Source of the DNA: Halorussus marinus
GTDB taxonomy: Archaea; Halobacteriota; Halobacteria; Halobacteriales; Haladaptataceae
Assembly: GCF_004765795.1 (NCBI RefSeq)
Contig: NZ_SBIV01000003.1
Coordinates: 310,001-374,000 of the forward strand
Length of the DNA: 64,000 bases
Direction of reading: 5' to 3'
Positions 40,012-49,123 of this stretch are shown one piece after another. A model generated the notes under the pieces. It ran no database searches and had not been told where the DNA came from. It saw only the letters and a program-made list of their open reading frames with translations. The position numbers were made by a program, and so were the translations under genes. Positions within the stretch are counted from its first letter, which is position 1, and each line of letters opens with the position of its first letter.

Positions 40012-41046
40012 TCACTCGCCGGCGTCGGCCGCGTTCGCCACGATCTGTCCGGCGTGGACGAAGTCGCGGTCGCGCTCGACCGGGTCGCTCTCGGGGGTGC
40101 GGGTCGCGACGTCGGCGAACCGGACCGGCAGTCCCATCCCGACGAAGAAGTTCGGGCGGTCCTGAACGTGGAAGTGGAGGTGGGGCTCGGTCGTGTTCCC
40201 CGAGTTGCCACACCGGCCGATCCGGTCGCCGCGCTCGACCCGGTCGCCGGCCGAGACCGCCACGCTCCCCCGTTTCAGGTGGGCCAGAACGCTGTACTCG
40301 CCGTCGGCGTGACGGATCGTCACGTAGTTGCCCCGGATGTCGCGCTGGCGCGGGTCGAGCCAGCCGTCGGTGCGGTGGTAGTCGCGGTGGCCGTCGCTGG
40401 CCGCGACCACCTCGCCGTCGGCGGGCGCGACGATCGGCTCGCCGAAACAGTAGTGGGCCTCGGGGCCCGACCGGTCGCCCGCGTGGGTGCGCCCCGACTC
40501 GTCGGTGATCACCAAGTCGTGGGCGTACCGCTGGGTCAAGATGCCCCACGAGTGGGAGTAGCGCCGGTCGGGACTGCCGTTGACCACCGTCCACTCGCCC
40601 TCGAACGGGAGCCGGTAGTCGACCGGGCTGTCGTGGCTGTCGGGATCGGGTAACCGACCGCGGTACCGCACGAGGATGGGGACGTGGCCCGCCAGTTGCA
40701 ACAGGCTGGTCACAAACACCGCCGGCTGGAACTGGAGCAGGAACATCCCGAGATACGCCCGGACGGTCGCGGCCCGGCCGCCGGTGTCGATCCAGTCGGT
40801 CGGCGCCGGCTGGTCGTCGTCGCCGGTCGTGGCCGAAGCGACGCCTTTGACGTACGGCCACAGCCCGAACAGGAAAAACAGCATGAAGTCTTCGAGGTGT
40901 TCGAAGCGCTCGAACGCGATCGCGGGCAGTCCGATGAACCCCAGCACCGAGAGCACCGTCGGATCGGGGATTCGGCCCAACAGCCGGTCGAGTCGCTCTC
41001 GTTTGGGCTTGCGCTCGGACGCGGCGGGGTGACGCGACTCCGTCAT
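40012..41046 (-). CDS. M23-family metallopeptidase with N-terminal membrane region
   Basis: APADGEV, GNYVTIRH, AHL, GNSGNTTEPHLHFH. Confidence 0.9.
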   Translation of the reverse strand: MTESRHPAASERKPKRERLDRLLGRIPDPTVLSVLGFIGLPAIAFERFEHLEDFMLFFLFGLWPYVKGVASATTGDDDQPAPTDWIDTGGRAATVRAYLGMFLLQFQPAVFVTSLLQLAGHVPILVRYRGRLPDPDSHDSPVDYRLPFEGEWTVVNGSPDRRYSHSWGILTQRYAHDLVITDESGRTHAGDRSGPEAHYCFGEPIVAPADGEVVAASDGHRDYHRTDGWLDPRQRDIRGNYVTIRHADGEYSVLAHLKRGSVAVSAGDRVERGDRIGRCGNSGNTTEPHLHFHVQDRPNFFVGMGLPVRFADVATRTPESDPVERDRDFVHAGQIVANAADAGE

Positions 41047-41111
41047 CGTCTACTCCGATCGCCGGGATCGGGCTTCAGTGTTTGGCGAACCGTTCTTCTA
41101 TTGGATTTCTG

Positions 41112-41993
41112 TCACTCTCGCTCGACGGACTCGACGTCGGTCGCGGTCACCCGCCCGCGGTCGTCGAGGGTAGCGCGGAGCGTCTCGTCGCCGACTCCGA
41201 CCGACATCCGGAGCGTCTCGTCGCCGTCGACCCGTTCGACTGGCGCATCGGCCCGCGCGAACTCCAGTTCCCACCAGTAGCCGTCGCGTATTGACCTGCC
41301 GTGGCGGCGGTAGAGCGCCTCGACCTCGGGGTGGCCGACCAGACAGCACCCCGCCGGCACGTCGAGGGTGCTCCCGCACGCTTCACACCGGGCGCGAAAG
41401 CGATACGGCTGGCCCGCGCCGTCGGTCGGTTCGAGGCGGGTCTCGACGCTCGCGTAGCAGTCCGGGCAGGTGCCCGCCCGGATGGTCTCGACCGTCTGGT
41501 AGAGGTCGAGGGTCGCGGTCCGAACCAGCTCCCGGAGGGTGGCGCCGCTGGCGGCGTTCGGCGGCAGGCTCCAGACGAACAGCCGGTGGTCGTTCGCACA
41601 CCGGACCGAGAGCACCCCGTCGTCGTAGCGCCCGACCGCCCCCGCCCCGCAGAGCTCGCAGTCGCTGTCGAGGTCGGTCGGCCCGAGGGTCGCTCGCTCG
41701 GTGTACGTGCCGGCGACGATGGCGGTCGCCACCTCGCTACCGGCGTACGTCAGCCGATAGCTTCCGTCGTCGGTCTGCTCGACGAACGGCCCGCGGAGCT
41801 TTTCGAGGTGGTACCGAAATCGACCGGAGTCCCTGACGCCGACCCGCTTTCGGAGCTCCGAGAACGCCAGCCCCGGCTCGTCGGGGTCGCTCCGGCGGTC
41901 GTCGGCGAGCGTTTCGAGCACCGCCACCCGGATCGGGTCGCCGAGCGCGGCGAACGCGGTCGCGGGCTCGATGGCCTCCTCGTCGGCGCTCAT
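41112..41993 (-). CDS. ArsR-like winged-HTH regulator with C-terminal Cys pairs
   Basis: AFAALGDPIR, FSELRKRVGVRDSGRFRYHL, CELCG, CPDC, CEACG. Confidence 0.85.
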   Translation of the reverse strand: MSADEEAIEPATAFAALGDPIRVAVLETLADDRRSDPDEPGLAFSELRKRVGVRDSGRFRYHLEKLRGPFVEQTDDGSYRLTYAGSEVATAIVAGTYTERATLGPTDLDSDCELCGAGAVGRYDDGVLSVRCANDHRLFVWSLPPNAASGATLRELVRTATLDLYQTVETIRAGTCPDCYASVETRLEPTDGAGQPYRFRARCEACGSTLDVPAGCCLVGHPEVEALYRRHGRSIRDGYWWELEFARADAPVERVDGDETLRMSVGVGDETLRATLDDRGRVTATDVESVERE

Positions 41994-42099
41994 CGTGAAT
42001 CGGTGCGTGGTACACCGGCCATCCGGAGAACCGTTACGGTCGACGAAGCGCCACGTCGCCGACCCCAGCACCCTTCGGGCGCCGGCCCGAAGGTCGAGT

Positions 42100-42426
42100 A
42101 TGGCAGACTCGACCGACGACGAACTCGCCGAACTCGCGGCGGACCTCCACGCCGCCCTCGAAGCGACGGCCGAACTCCCGGTCGAGGCGTCGGCGAGCCG
42201 GTGGCTCGGCGAGGCCGAAGCGGTCGCCGGCGACGCCGCGCGCGCCGCCCGCGAGGCCGACGCGGCGTCCGGAGCGGATCCGGACGGCCCCGAGGCGGTC
42301 GTCGAAGCGCGCGTCGAACAGGTCCGGATGCTCCTCTCGAACGTCGACGCGACCGGGAGCGAGGCGGCCGACCAGCGGGTCGGGACCGCCCGGGAGCTGG
42401 CCGCGGAAATCGACTCGCGGCTCTAG
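42100..42426 (+). CDS. Conserved haloarchaeal hypothetical protein
   Basis: LEATAELPV..ASRWLGEAEAVA; acidic. Confidence 0.75.
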   Translation: MADSTDDELAELAADLHAALEATAELPVEASASRWLGEAEAVAGDAARAAREADAASGADPDGPEAVVEARVEQVRMLLSNVDATGSEAADQRVGTARELAAEIDSRL

Positions 42427-42764
42427 GCCGCCATCTCCCGGCAGGTCCGGGCACACTCCTCCAGAACGTCCGCGCAGGTCTGGCAGTGATCGTGGTCGTG
42501 CTGGCGACACTCCTCGGCGCACTCCTCGCAGGCGTCCGCGCAGGTCTCGGCGAGGTCCTCGCTGTACTCGGAGTTGCGCGCCATGAACCGGGCGTGCATG
42601 CTGGCGACGTCCGCCACGTCCCGGCACAGCCGGATACACCGGGACATGTCCATCTCCTCGTCGAGACACTCGTCGGCGCACCACTCGCAGGCCTGGGTCG
42701 CCTCGAAGCAGTTGTCGATACACTCGTCCATCTCGTCGCTCACGTCGAGTTCTGACAGTGCCAT
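42423..42764 (-). CDS. Cys-rich four-helix-bundle copper-storage protein (Csp3/DUF326-like)
   Basis: Repeated CxxxC/CxxC motifs, HDHDHC, no signal peptide. Confidence 0.9.
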   Translation of the reverse strand: MALSELDVSDEMDECIDNCFEATQACEWCADECLDEEMDMSRCIRLCRDVADVASMHARFMARNSEYSEDLAETCADACEECAEECRQHDHDHCQTCADVLEECARTCREMAA

Positions 42765-42951
42765 CGCGGTCTCAGGCTCACGGCAATGACCGTCTTAGGG
42801 TCTGTGGCTAGCGGATCGGACGCTGTGGGGCCGTTAGCCCCACGCAGTCGAAAGACGCCCGGCGCTCGCTTTTGGTTCCGAGATCGAACGGCCGATTCGC
42901 CGAACGATCGAAGGCACAAACCCGAAAAAGGGGGACCGCCAAGGAACGGAC

Positions 42952-43149
42952 ATGGCGAACGAGATCACCGTCGAAGGGATGAGCTGTGGCGGCTGTGAGG
43001 AGACCGTCGAGGACGCGCTCTCGGACCTGCCGGGCGTGCGCGCCGCCGAGGCCGACAACGAGACCGACACCGTCGTCGTGGAGGGCGACGCCAGCGACTC
43101 GGACCTCGCGGCCGCAGTCGAGGACGCCGGCTACGAGCCAAAGCTCTGA
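42952..43149 (+). CDS. copZ: HMA-domain copper chaperone
   Basis: VEGMSCGGC...VEDAGY, 65 aa. Confidence 0.9.
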   Translation: MANEITVEGMSCGGCEETVEDALSDLPGVRAAEADNETDTVVVEGDASDSDLAAAVEDAGYEPKL

Positions 43150-43303
43150 GCCGCCCCGGCGCGTCCGCTATCGGTCACCGACACGCCGCGTGCGATCCGC
43201 GCCGAGGCGTCGACACGAGGTGGGGCGTCGGCGTCCCGTCGATGACTCGCTGTCGTATCAACACATCAATACTTATATTCGTGGGAGCCGGTCGTTCAAT
43301 CAC

Positions 43304-43756
43304 ATGACCGACAACCCGAACGACTGCGGCGTCGGCATTCGCGGCGTCGCGATGGGGATCGACTCGGTGGTCTGGTTCGGACTCCTGTTCGCGGCGATCT
43401 ATCCGATCGCCGCGCTCACCGGCGACATCGAGACCACCGCGACAGGGACCGACGCCGATCTCACGGGGACTCCCGCCACCGCGGCCTTCCTGCTGTGGCT
43501 CGGGCTCGGCGTCGGCTACCACACGCTGTTCGAGTGGCGCTCGGGCAAGACCCTCGGCAAGTACCTCGTCGGCATCCGGGCGGTCGAGGACGACGGCTCG
43601 CCCCTGACGCTCCGGTCGGCGGCGGTGCGCAACGTCTCGCGGCTCGTCGACGTGTTGCCGCTCTTCTACGTCGTCGGGATCGTCGCGGCGCTCCTCTCGG
43701 ACCGCTACAAGCGGGTGGGCGACCGACTCGCCGACACGGTGGTGGTCCGGACGTGA
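43304..43756 (+). CDS. RDD-family membrane protein
   Basis: R..A..ID, GKTLGK, RN..R..D, RVGDRLADTVVV. Confidence 0.9.
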   Translation: MTDNPNDCGVGIRGVAMGIDSVVWFGLLFAAIYPIAALTGDIETTATGTDADLTGTPATAAFLLWLGLGVGYHTLFEWRSGKTLGKYLVGIRAVEDDGSPLTLRSAAVRNVSRLVDVLPLFYVVGIVAALLSDRYKRVGDRLADTVVVRT

Positions 43757-43852
43757 CGGGAGTCGGTTCGCGGCGTGCCGAGACACCAACTGATAACTAC
43801 GCCGGTGCTAAACTGCCGGTATGACCAGTGAACTGGCCGCGAGGTGGTCCGC

Positions 43853-45526
43853 GTGAGCGACGAGAAACGGGGCGGAGACTACGTCTACGAGGCGCTTTTG
43901 GACGCCGGCGTCGATCTGCTGGTCGGCATCCCGGGGACCCAGACGCTCCCGCTCGACCGGACGGTCGTCGAGCGCGACGAGATGGAGTACCTGATGGCCC
44001 GCCACGAGACCGCCGTCCCCCACATCGCGTGGGGGTACTACGAGTCGGGCGGCGGCGTCGCCGCCACGCTCACGGTCCCGGGGCCGGGCGACACGAACGC
44101 GATGCACGGCCTGAAGAACGCCTCGGAGGACTGCGTGCCGATCCTCCACGTCTCGGCCGACGTCAACCCCGAGGACCGCGGGAAGGGCCCGATCCACGAG
44201 ATCGAGGCCGACACCTTCGACAACGCGGTGAAAGCGAACGTCGCCGTCGAGTCGGCGCTCGAACTCCCCGCGAAGCTGGCCGGCGGCATCGAGACCGCGC
44301 TCGAACCCCCGACCGGTCCCGTCCGGCTCGGGGTGCCGAGCCGCATCCTCGACGAGACGGTCGACGCGCCGGCCGCGACGGTCTCGCCCGAGCGGACGAC
44401 GTGGGACGCCGGCGACGACGCCGCGGCCGCCGCCGACCTGCTCGCCGACGCCGACCGACCCGTGGTGTATCTCGGCGGCGGCGCCCGCCGGTCGCCGGGC
44501 GCCACCGAGGCGGTCCGCGGGCTGGTCGAGGACCTCGACGCCCCCGTGGTCGCCTCCTACAAGGGGAAGGGCGTCTTCCCGGAGGACGACGACCGCTTCC
44601 TCGGCGTGACCGGCTCGCACCTGCCCGCGGGCGCCGAGCGCGTCCTCGATCGCGCGGACGTCGTGCTCGCGCTCGGGACCGACTTCGACGGCGTGACGAC
44701 CGCCCACTGGTCGCTCCCGATGGGCGAGCAACTGATTCACGTCACCCTCGACACGTCGGCGGTCGGCGCCTCCTACGAGCCTGAGGTGGCCGTCCTCTCG
44801 GACGTCGCCGACGCGGTCGACTCGATCCGCGAGGGCCTCGACGGCGCGGGCGCCGGCGGCTGGGACGGCGGCGCTGTCGGGTCCGCGGTCCGTTCGGAGT
44901 ACCGCGAGACCCTCGACGCCGCGGGGCTGTTCGAGGACGGCGCGCCGCTCAACACGCCCGGCGTGATCGACGCCGTCCGCGAGTCGACGCCCCGCGAGGC
45001 GCCGGTCGCGGTCGACGTCGGCGGCTTCCGGCTGTGGGCGATGCAGGCGTTCACGGCCTACGACCCCGAGCGGTACGTCGCCGCGGGCTCGTGGGCCGGG
45101 ATGGGCGTCGGCCTGCCGGCCGCCATCGGCGCGGCGTTCGCCAACCCCGACGAGCCGGTGGTCTGTCTCACCGGCGACGGCGGGCTGATGATGTGTATCC
45201 ACGAGCTCCACACCGCCGCCGAGTACGACCTCGACGTGACGGTCGTGGTCTCGAACAACGCCGACTACGGCGTCATCAGCAAGTCGCCGAAGATCGAACA
45301 GTACACCGAGGGCCACCAGTTCACCTGGGGGTCGCCCGACTTCGCGACCGTCGCCGAGGGGTTCGGCTGTCGGGGCACCCGCGCGGAGTCGCTCGGCGAA
45401 CTCCGCGAGGCCGTCGACGACGCGGTCGGCCGCGACGGGCCGGACCTGATCGACGTGCCGATCGAGACCGACGAGCAGTCCGCGGCCGAGGCGGCCGACT
45501 ACGAGTCGACGATCGACCTGCCGTAA
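43853..45526 (+). CDS. Thiamine-diphosphate-dependent enzyme (acetolactate synthase-like)
   Basis: GIPG, RHE, GPGDTN, GDGG...NN; GTG start with GAGGTG SD. Confidence 0.92.
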   Translation: MSDEKRGGDYVYEALLDAGVDLLVGIPGTQTLPLDRTVVERDEMEYLMARHETAVPHIAWGYYESGGGVAATLTVPGPGDTNAMHGLKNASEDCVPILHVSADVNPEDRGKGPIHEIEADTFDNAVKANVAVESALELPAKLAGGIETALEPPTGPVRLGVPSRILDETVDAPAATVSPERTTWDAGDDAAAAADLLADADRPVVYLGGGARRSPGATEAVRGLVEDLDAPVVASYKGKGVFPEDDDRFLGVTGSHLPAGAERVLDRADVVLALGTDFDGVTTAHWSLPMGEQLIHVTLDTSAVGASYEPEVAVLSDVADAVDSIREGLDGAGAGGWDGGAVGSAVRSEYRETLDAAGLFEDGAPLNTPGVIDAVRESTPREAPVAVDVGGFRLWAMQAFTAYDPERYVAAGSWAGMGVGLPAAIGAAFANPDEPVVCLTGDGGLMMCIHELHTAAEYDLDVTVVVSNNADYGVISKSPKIEQYTEGHQFTWGSPDFATVAEGFGCRGTRAESLGELREAVDDAVGRDGPDLIDVPIETDEQSAAEAADYESTIDLP

Positions 45527-45668
45527 GCCGCGGCTCCGACCGCCGACCCGCGTTCGGTCGCCGGCCGGTCGCGCGGCCCGACCGAACCCGCACGGTTTTA
45601 GTCGGCCTCGGCCCTGTGACCGAGTATGATTTCGAGCGCTCTCGTCAGTCCAGCGGGAGGTGGGTCCC

Positions 45669-48422
45669 GTGTCCGACCCTGACCCAGACACCATCGTCGG
45701 CGAGTTCTTCGCGCTGAAACGCGAGACCGACGCCGACTTCCTCGTGATGCAGGTCGGGGACTTCTACGAGTTCTTCGGCGAGGACGCCGAGACCGTCGCC
45801 GACCTCCTCGACCTCAAGGTGTCTCAGAAGTCCGCCCACGGCTCGGACTACCCGATGGCGGGCGTCCCGGTCGACAAGCTCACGCCCCACCTCAAGGCGC
45901 TGGTCGAGCGTGGCTACCGGGTGGCGGTCGCCGACCAGCGCGAGACCGCCGACGGCCACGAGCGGGCGATCACGCGTGTCGTGACCCCGGGCACGCTCCT
46001 CGAAACCTCCGACGCCGACGCCCAGTATCTCGTCGCGGTCGTCCGGACCGACGCCGGCTACGGGCTGGCGTTCGCGGACGTGACGACCGGACGATTCCTC
46101 GTGACCGCGGTCGGGGACGGGGACGCCGACGACGCGGCCGACCGCGTGTTCGCCGAACTCTACCGGTTCGATCCCGTCGAGATCCTCCCCGGGCCGTCGG
46201 TCCGCAACGACGACGCCTTCCTCGATCGGGTCCGCGAGCGCACCGACGCGACCGTCTCGGTCCACCGGGCCGAGGCGTTCGCGCCCGGCCGGGCGACCCA
46301 CTTGACGACCGAACAGTTCGGGCCGGAGGCCCTCGACAGCCTCGGCCTCGACGGCGGGCGCGACGACACCCCCGAGGTGCAGGCGGCGGGCGCGTTGCTC
46401 TCGTACGTCGAGGAGACCGGCACCGGCGTCGCGTCGTCGATGACCCGGCTCCGGCGCTACCGGGGCGACGACCACGTCGAACTCGATGCGACCACCCAGC
46501 GCAACCTCGAACTCACCGAGACCATGTCCGGAAGTACCGGCGGTACTTCGACACAGGGCGGCCGCGAGGGGTCGCTGTTCGCGACCATCGACCACACCGT
46601 CACGAGCCCGGGCAAGCGCCTGCTCGCGGAGTGGCTCAAGCGCCCCCGACAGGACCGCTCGACCCTCCGGACGCGCGCCGATGGCGTGGCGGCGTTCGCC
46701 GACGCCGCGCTGGCGCGCGAGGGCGTCCGAGAGTCGCTCGGCGACGCCTACGACCTCGAACGCCTCGCGAGCAAGGCCGCCTCGGGGAGCGCCGACGCCC
46801 GCGACCTCCTGCGGGTCCGCGAGACCCTCGCGCTCGTCCCGACGGTCGCCGACGCGATCGAGTCCGACCCCACACTCTCGGCGTCGCCGCTGGCCGACAT
46901 CGCCGCCCGCCCCGACCGGGAGGCGGCCGCCGACCTGCGCGAGCGACTCGACGCGCTGGTCGACGACCCGCCGGCCACGATCACCGAGGGCGGGCTGTTC
47001 CGGCGAGGCCACGACGACGACCTCGACGACCTCATCGACCGCCACGAGGCGGTCGAGGAGTGGCTCGACACGCTGGCCGACCGCGAGAAGCGCGAGACCG
47101 GCATCACCCACCTCCGGGTCGACCGCAACAAGACCGACGGCTACTACATCCAGGTGGGCAACTCCGAGACCGACGCGGTGCCCGACCGCTACGACCGGCT
47201 CAAGAGCCTGAAGAACTCCGAGCGCTACACCACCGACGCGCTCGACGAGCGCGAGCGCGAGATCCTCCGGCTCGAAGAGCGCCGCGGCGACCTGGAGTAC
47301 GAGCTGTTCGAGACGCTCCGGGAGGCGGTCGCGGCCCGCGCGGACCTGCTCCAGTCGGTCGGGCGCGCGCTCGCCGAACTCGACGCGCTGGCGTCGCTTT
47401 CGGTCCACGCCGTCGAGAACGACTGGGTCCGCCCCGAGCTCTGCGAGTCGGGCGGGATCGACGTCGAGGCCGGGCGCCACCCCGTCGTCGAGCGCACCAC
47501 CGAGTTCGTCCCCAACGACGCGCACCTCGGCGGCGACCGGCGGTTTCTCGTGGTGACCGGCCCGAACATGTCGGGGAAGTCGACGTACATGCGGCAGGTC
47601 GCGCTCGTCGTGCTCCTCGCTCAGATCGGGAGCTTCGTGCCGGCCGCCGCGGCCGAGATCGAACCGGTCGACGGCATCTACACTCGGGTCGGCGCGCTCG
47701 ACGAACTCGCGCAGGGCCGGTCGACGTTCATGGTCGAGATGCAAGAGCTGTCGAACATCCTCCACTCGGCCACCGAGGACTCGCTGGTGATCTTAGACGA
47801 GGTGGGCCGGGGCACCGCGACCTACGACGGCATCTCGATCGCGTGGGCCGCGACCGAGTACCTCCACAACGAGGTGCGCGCCAAGACCCTCTTTGCGACC
47901 CACTACCACGAGCTCACGACGCTCGCCGATCAGCTCGATCGGGTCCAGAACGTCCACGTCGCGGTCGACGGCGAGCCGCCCTCGTCCGACGGGGCGGCGT
48001 CGGGCTCGGCCGACGAGGGCGACGGCGACGTGACCTTCCTCCGGACCGTCGAGGACGGCCCGACTGACCGGTCGTACGGGATCCACGTCGCCGGACTCGC
48101 GGGTGTGCCCGACCCCGTGGTCGAGCGCTCGCGGGACGTGCTCGAGAAGCTCCGGGCCGAGGAGGCCATCGAGACCAAAGGCGGGGGGGCAGACGCCACC
48201 AAGCAGGTCGTCTTCGACGTCGGGTCGGGGCAGTTACAGACCCGCGACGACGGGGACGATGCGCCCGCGACCGGGGCCTCGGACGAGGACCCGGCCGGCG
48301 ACCGGCTCGACGAGGAGACGCGGGCGGTCCTCGACGAGCTGTCGGGCGTGGACCTGACCGGGACCTCGCCGGTCGAGCTCATGAACCGGGTCCAGGCGTG
48401 GAAGGAGCGACTCGACGAGTGA
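45669..48422 (+). CDS. mutS: DNA mismatch repair protein MutS1
   Basis: GDFYEFF, PMAGVP, RVVTPGT, TGPNMSGKS, STFMVEM, DEVGRGT, FATHYHEL. Confidence 0.97.
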   Translation: MSDPDPDTIVGEFFALKRETDADFLVMQVGDFYEFFGEDAETVADLLDLKVSQKSAHGSDYPMAGVPVDKLTPHLKALVERGYRVAVADQRETADGHERAITRVVTPGTLLETSDADAQYLVAVVRTDAGYGLAFADVTTGRFLVTAVGDGDADDAADRVFAELYRFDPVEILPGPSVRNDDAFLDRVRERTDATVSVHRAEAFAPGRATHLTTEQFGPEALDSLGLDGGRDDTPEVQAAGALLSYVEETGTGVASSMTRLRRYRGDDHVELDATTQRNLELTETMSGSTGGTSTQGGREGSLFATIDHTVTSPGKRLLAEWLKRPRQDRSTLRTRADGVAAFADAALAREGVRESLGDAYDLERLASKAASGSADARDLLRVRETLALVPTVADAIESDPTLSASPLADIAARPDREAAADLRERLDALVDDPPATITEGGLFRRGHDDDLDDLIDRHEAVEEWLDTLADREKRETGITHLRVDRNKTDGYYIQVGNSETDAVPDRYDRLKSLKNSERYTTDALDEREREILRLEERRGDLEYELFETLREAVAARADLLQSVGRALAELDALASLSVHAVENDWVRPELCESGGIDVEAGRHPVVERTTEFVPNDAHLGGDRRFLVVTGPNMSGKSTYMRQVALVVLLAQIGSFVPAAAAEIEPVDGIYTRVGALDELAQGRSTFMVEMQELSNILHSATEDSLVILDEVGRGTATYDGISIAWAATEYLHNEVRAKTLFATHYHELTTLADQLDRVQNVHVAVDGEPPSSDGAASGSADEGDGDVTFLRTVEDGPTDRSYGIHVAGLAGVPDPVVERSRDVLEKLRAEEAIETKGGGADATKQVVFDVGSGQLQTRDDGDDAPATGASDEDPAGDRLDEETRAVLDELSGVDLTGTSPVELMNRVQAWKERLDE

Positions 48423-48487
48423 GCGCGGCTCGCGGGCGACACTCGACGGGCGCGACCGAGCCGCGACGCCGCCGCCCGGCGCCTCGC

Positions 48488-49066
48488 TCACTCGCCGGAC
48501 TCGCCGACCGCGTCGAGGTCGTACGCGCCGGGGTACTCGGGGGGTTTCTCGCCGGCCTTGCCGCTCCACTCCGCGACGTCGAGTCGGTAGACGGCGGTCC
48601 GGTCGATCGACGCCTCGGTCATCTCCTCGTAGTCCTCTCCGGGAGTCAGGTGGGGCGCGAACTTCGCCATGAACCGTTCGAGGACCGCCCGCTTTGCCGC
48701 CGGGTCCGAGACCAGTCCGACGGTGCCGTACGCGACGACGCTGGTGTACTCGACCGTGAAGTTGACCGGCTCGTCGGCCGGGATGAATCGCCCCATCTCG
48801 CTGGTCGTAAAGCAGGCCGCCACGTCCTCGCCGTCCGCGACGATGCCGTGGGCGCGGCCGTCCCGCGCCCCGTGGAAGAAGATCGCGCCCGCCGTCTCGT
48901 CGTAGACGAACAGCTGGGTCACGAGGTGCGGTTCGCCGTCGTCGACCAGTCCGAGGACGCCGGATCGCTGGTCGTCGAGAAAGGCGGCGATCTCCTCGTC
49001 GTCGTCGACGGCCTTCCCCTGATACCGAATCGCGTCCGAGACGTTCTCTGGCGTGCGCTCGTCCAT
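48488..49066 (-). CDS. Pyridoxamine 5'-phosphate oxidase/NimA-like flavin-binding protein
   Basis: GVLGL..GEP, IFFHGA..G, YTSVVAYG, WSGK. Confidence 0.85.
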   Translation of the reverse strand: MDERTPENVSDAIRYQGKAVDDDEEIAAFLDDQRSGVLGLVDDGEPHLVTQLFVYDETAGAIFFHGARDGRAHGIVADGEDVAACFTTSEMGRFIPADEPVNFTVEYTSVVAYGTVGLVSDPAAKRAVLERFMAKFAPHLTPGEDYEEMTEASIDRTAVYRLDVAEWSGKAGEKPPEYPGAYDLDAVGESGE

Positions 49067-49123
49067 GCCACCGAGTAGCGCGACCGGATATCTAAACGTT
49101 CTGGTGGATTCGGCCCGTCGGGG

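Noticed and set aside
42072..42093. Perfect 9-bp stem CCTTCGGGC-GCCG-GCCCGAAGG between divergent genes
   Set aside because: Real but isolated and GC-rich; no second copy or functional clue.
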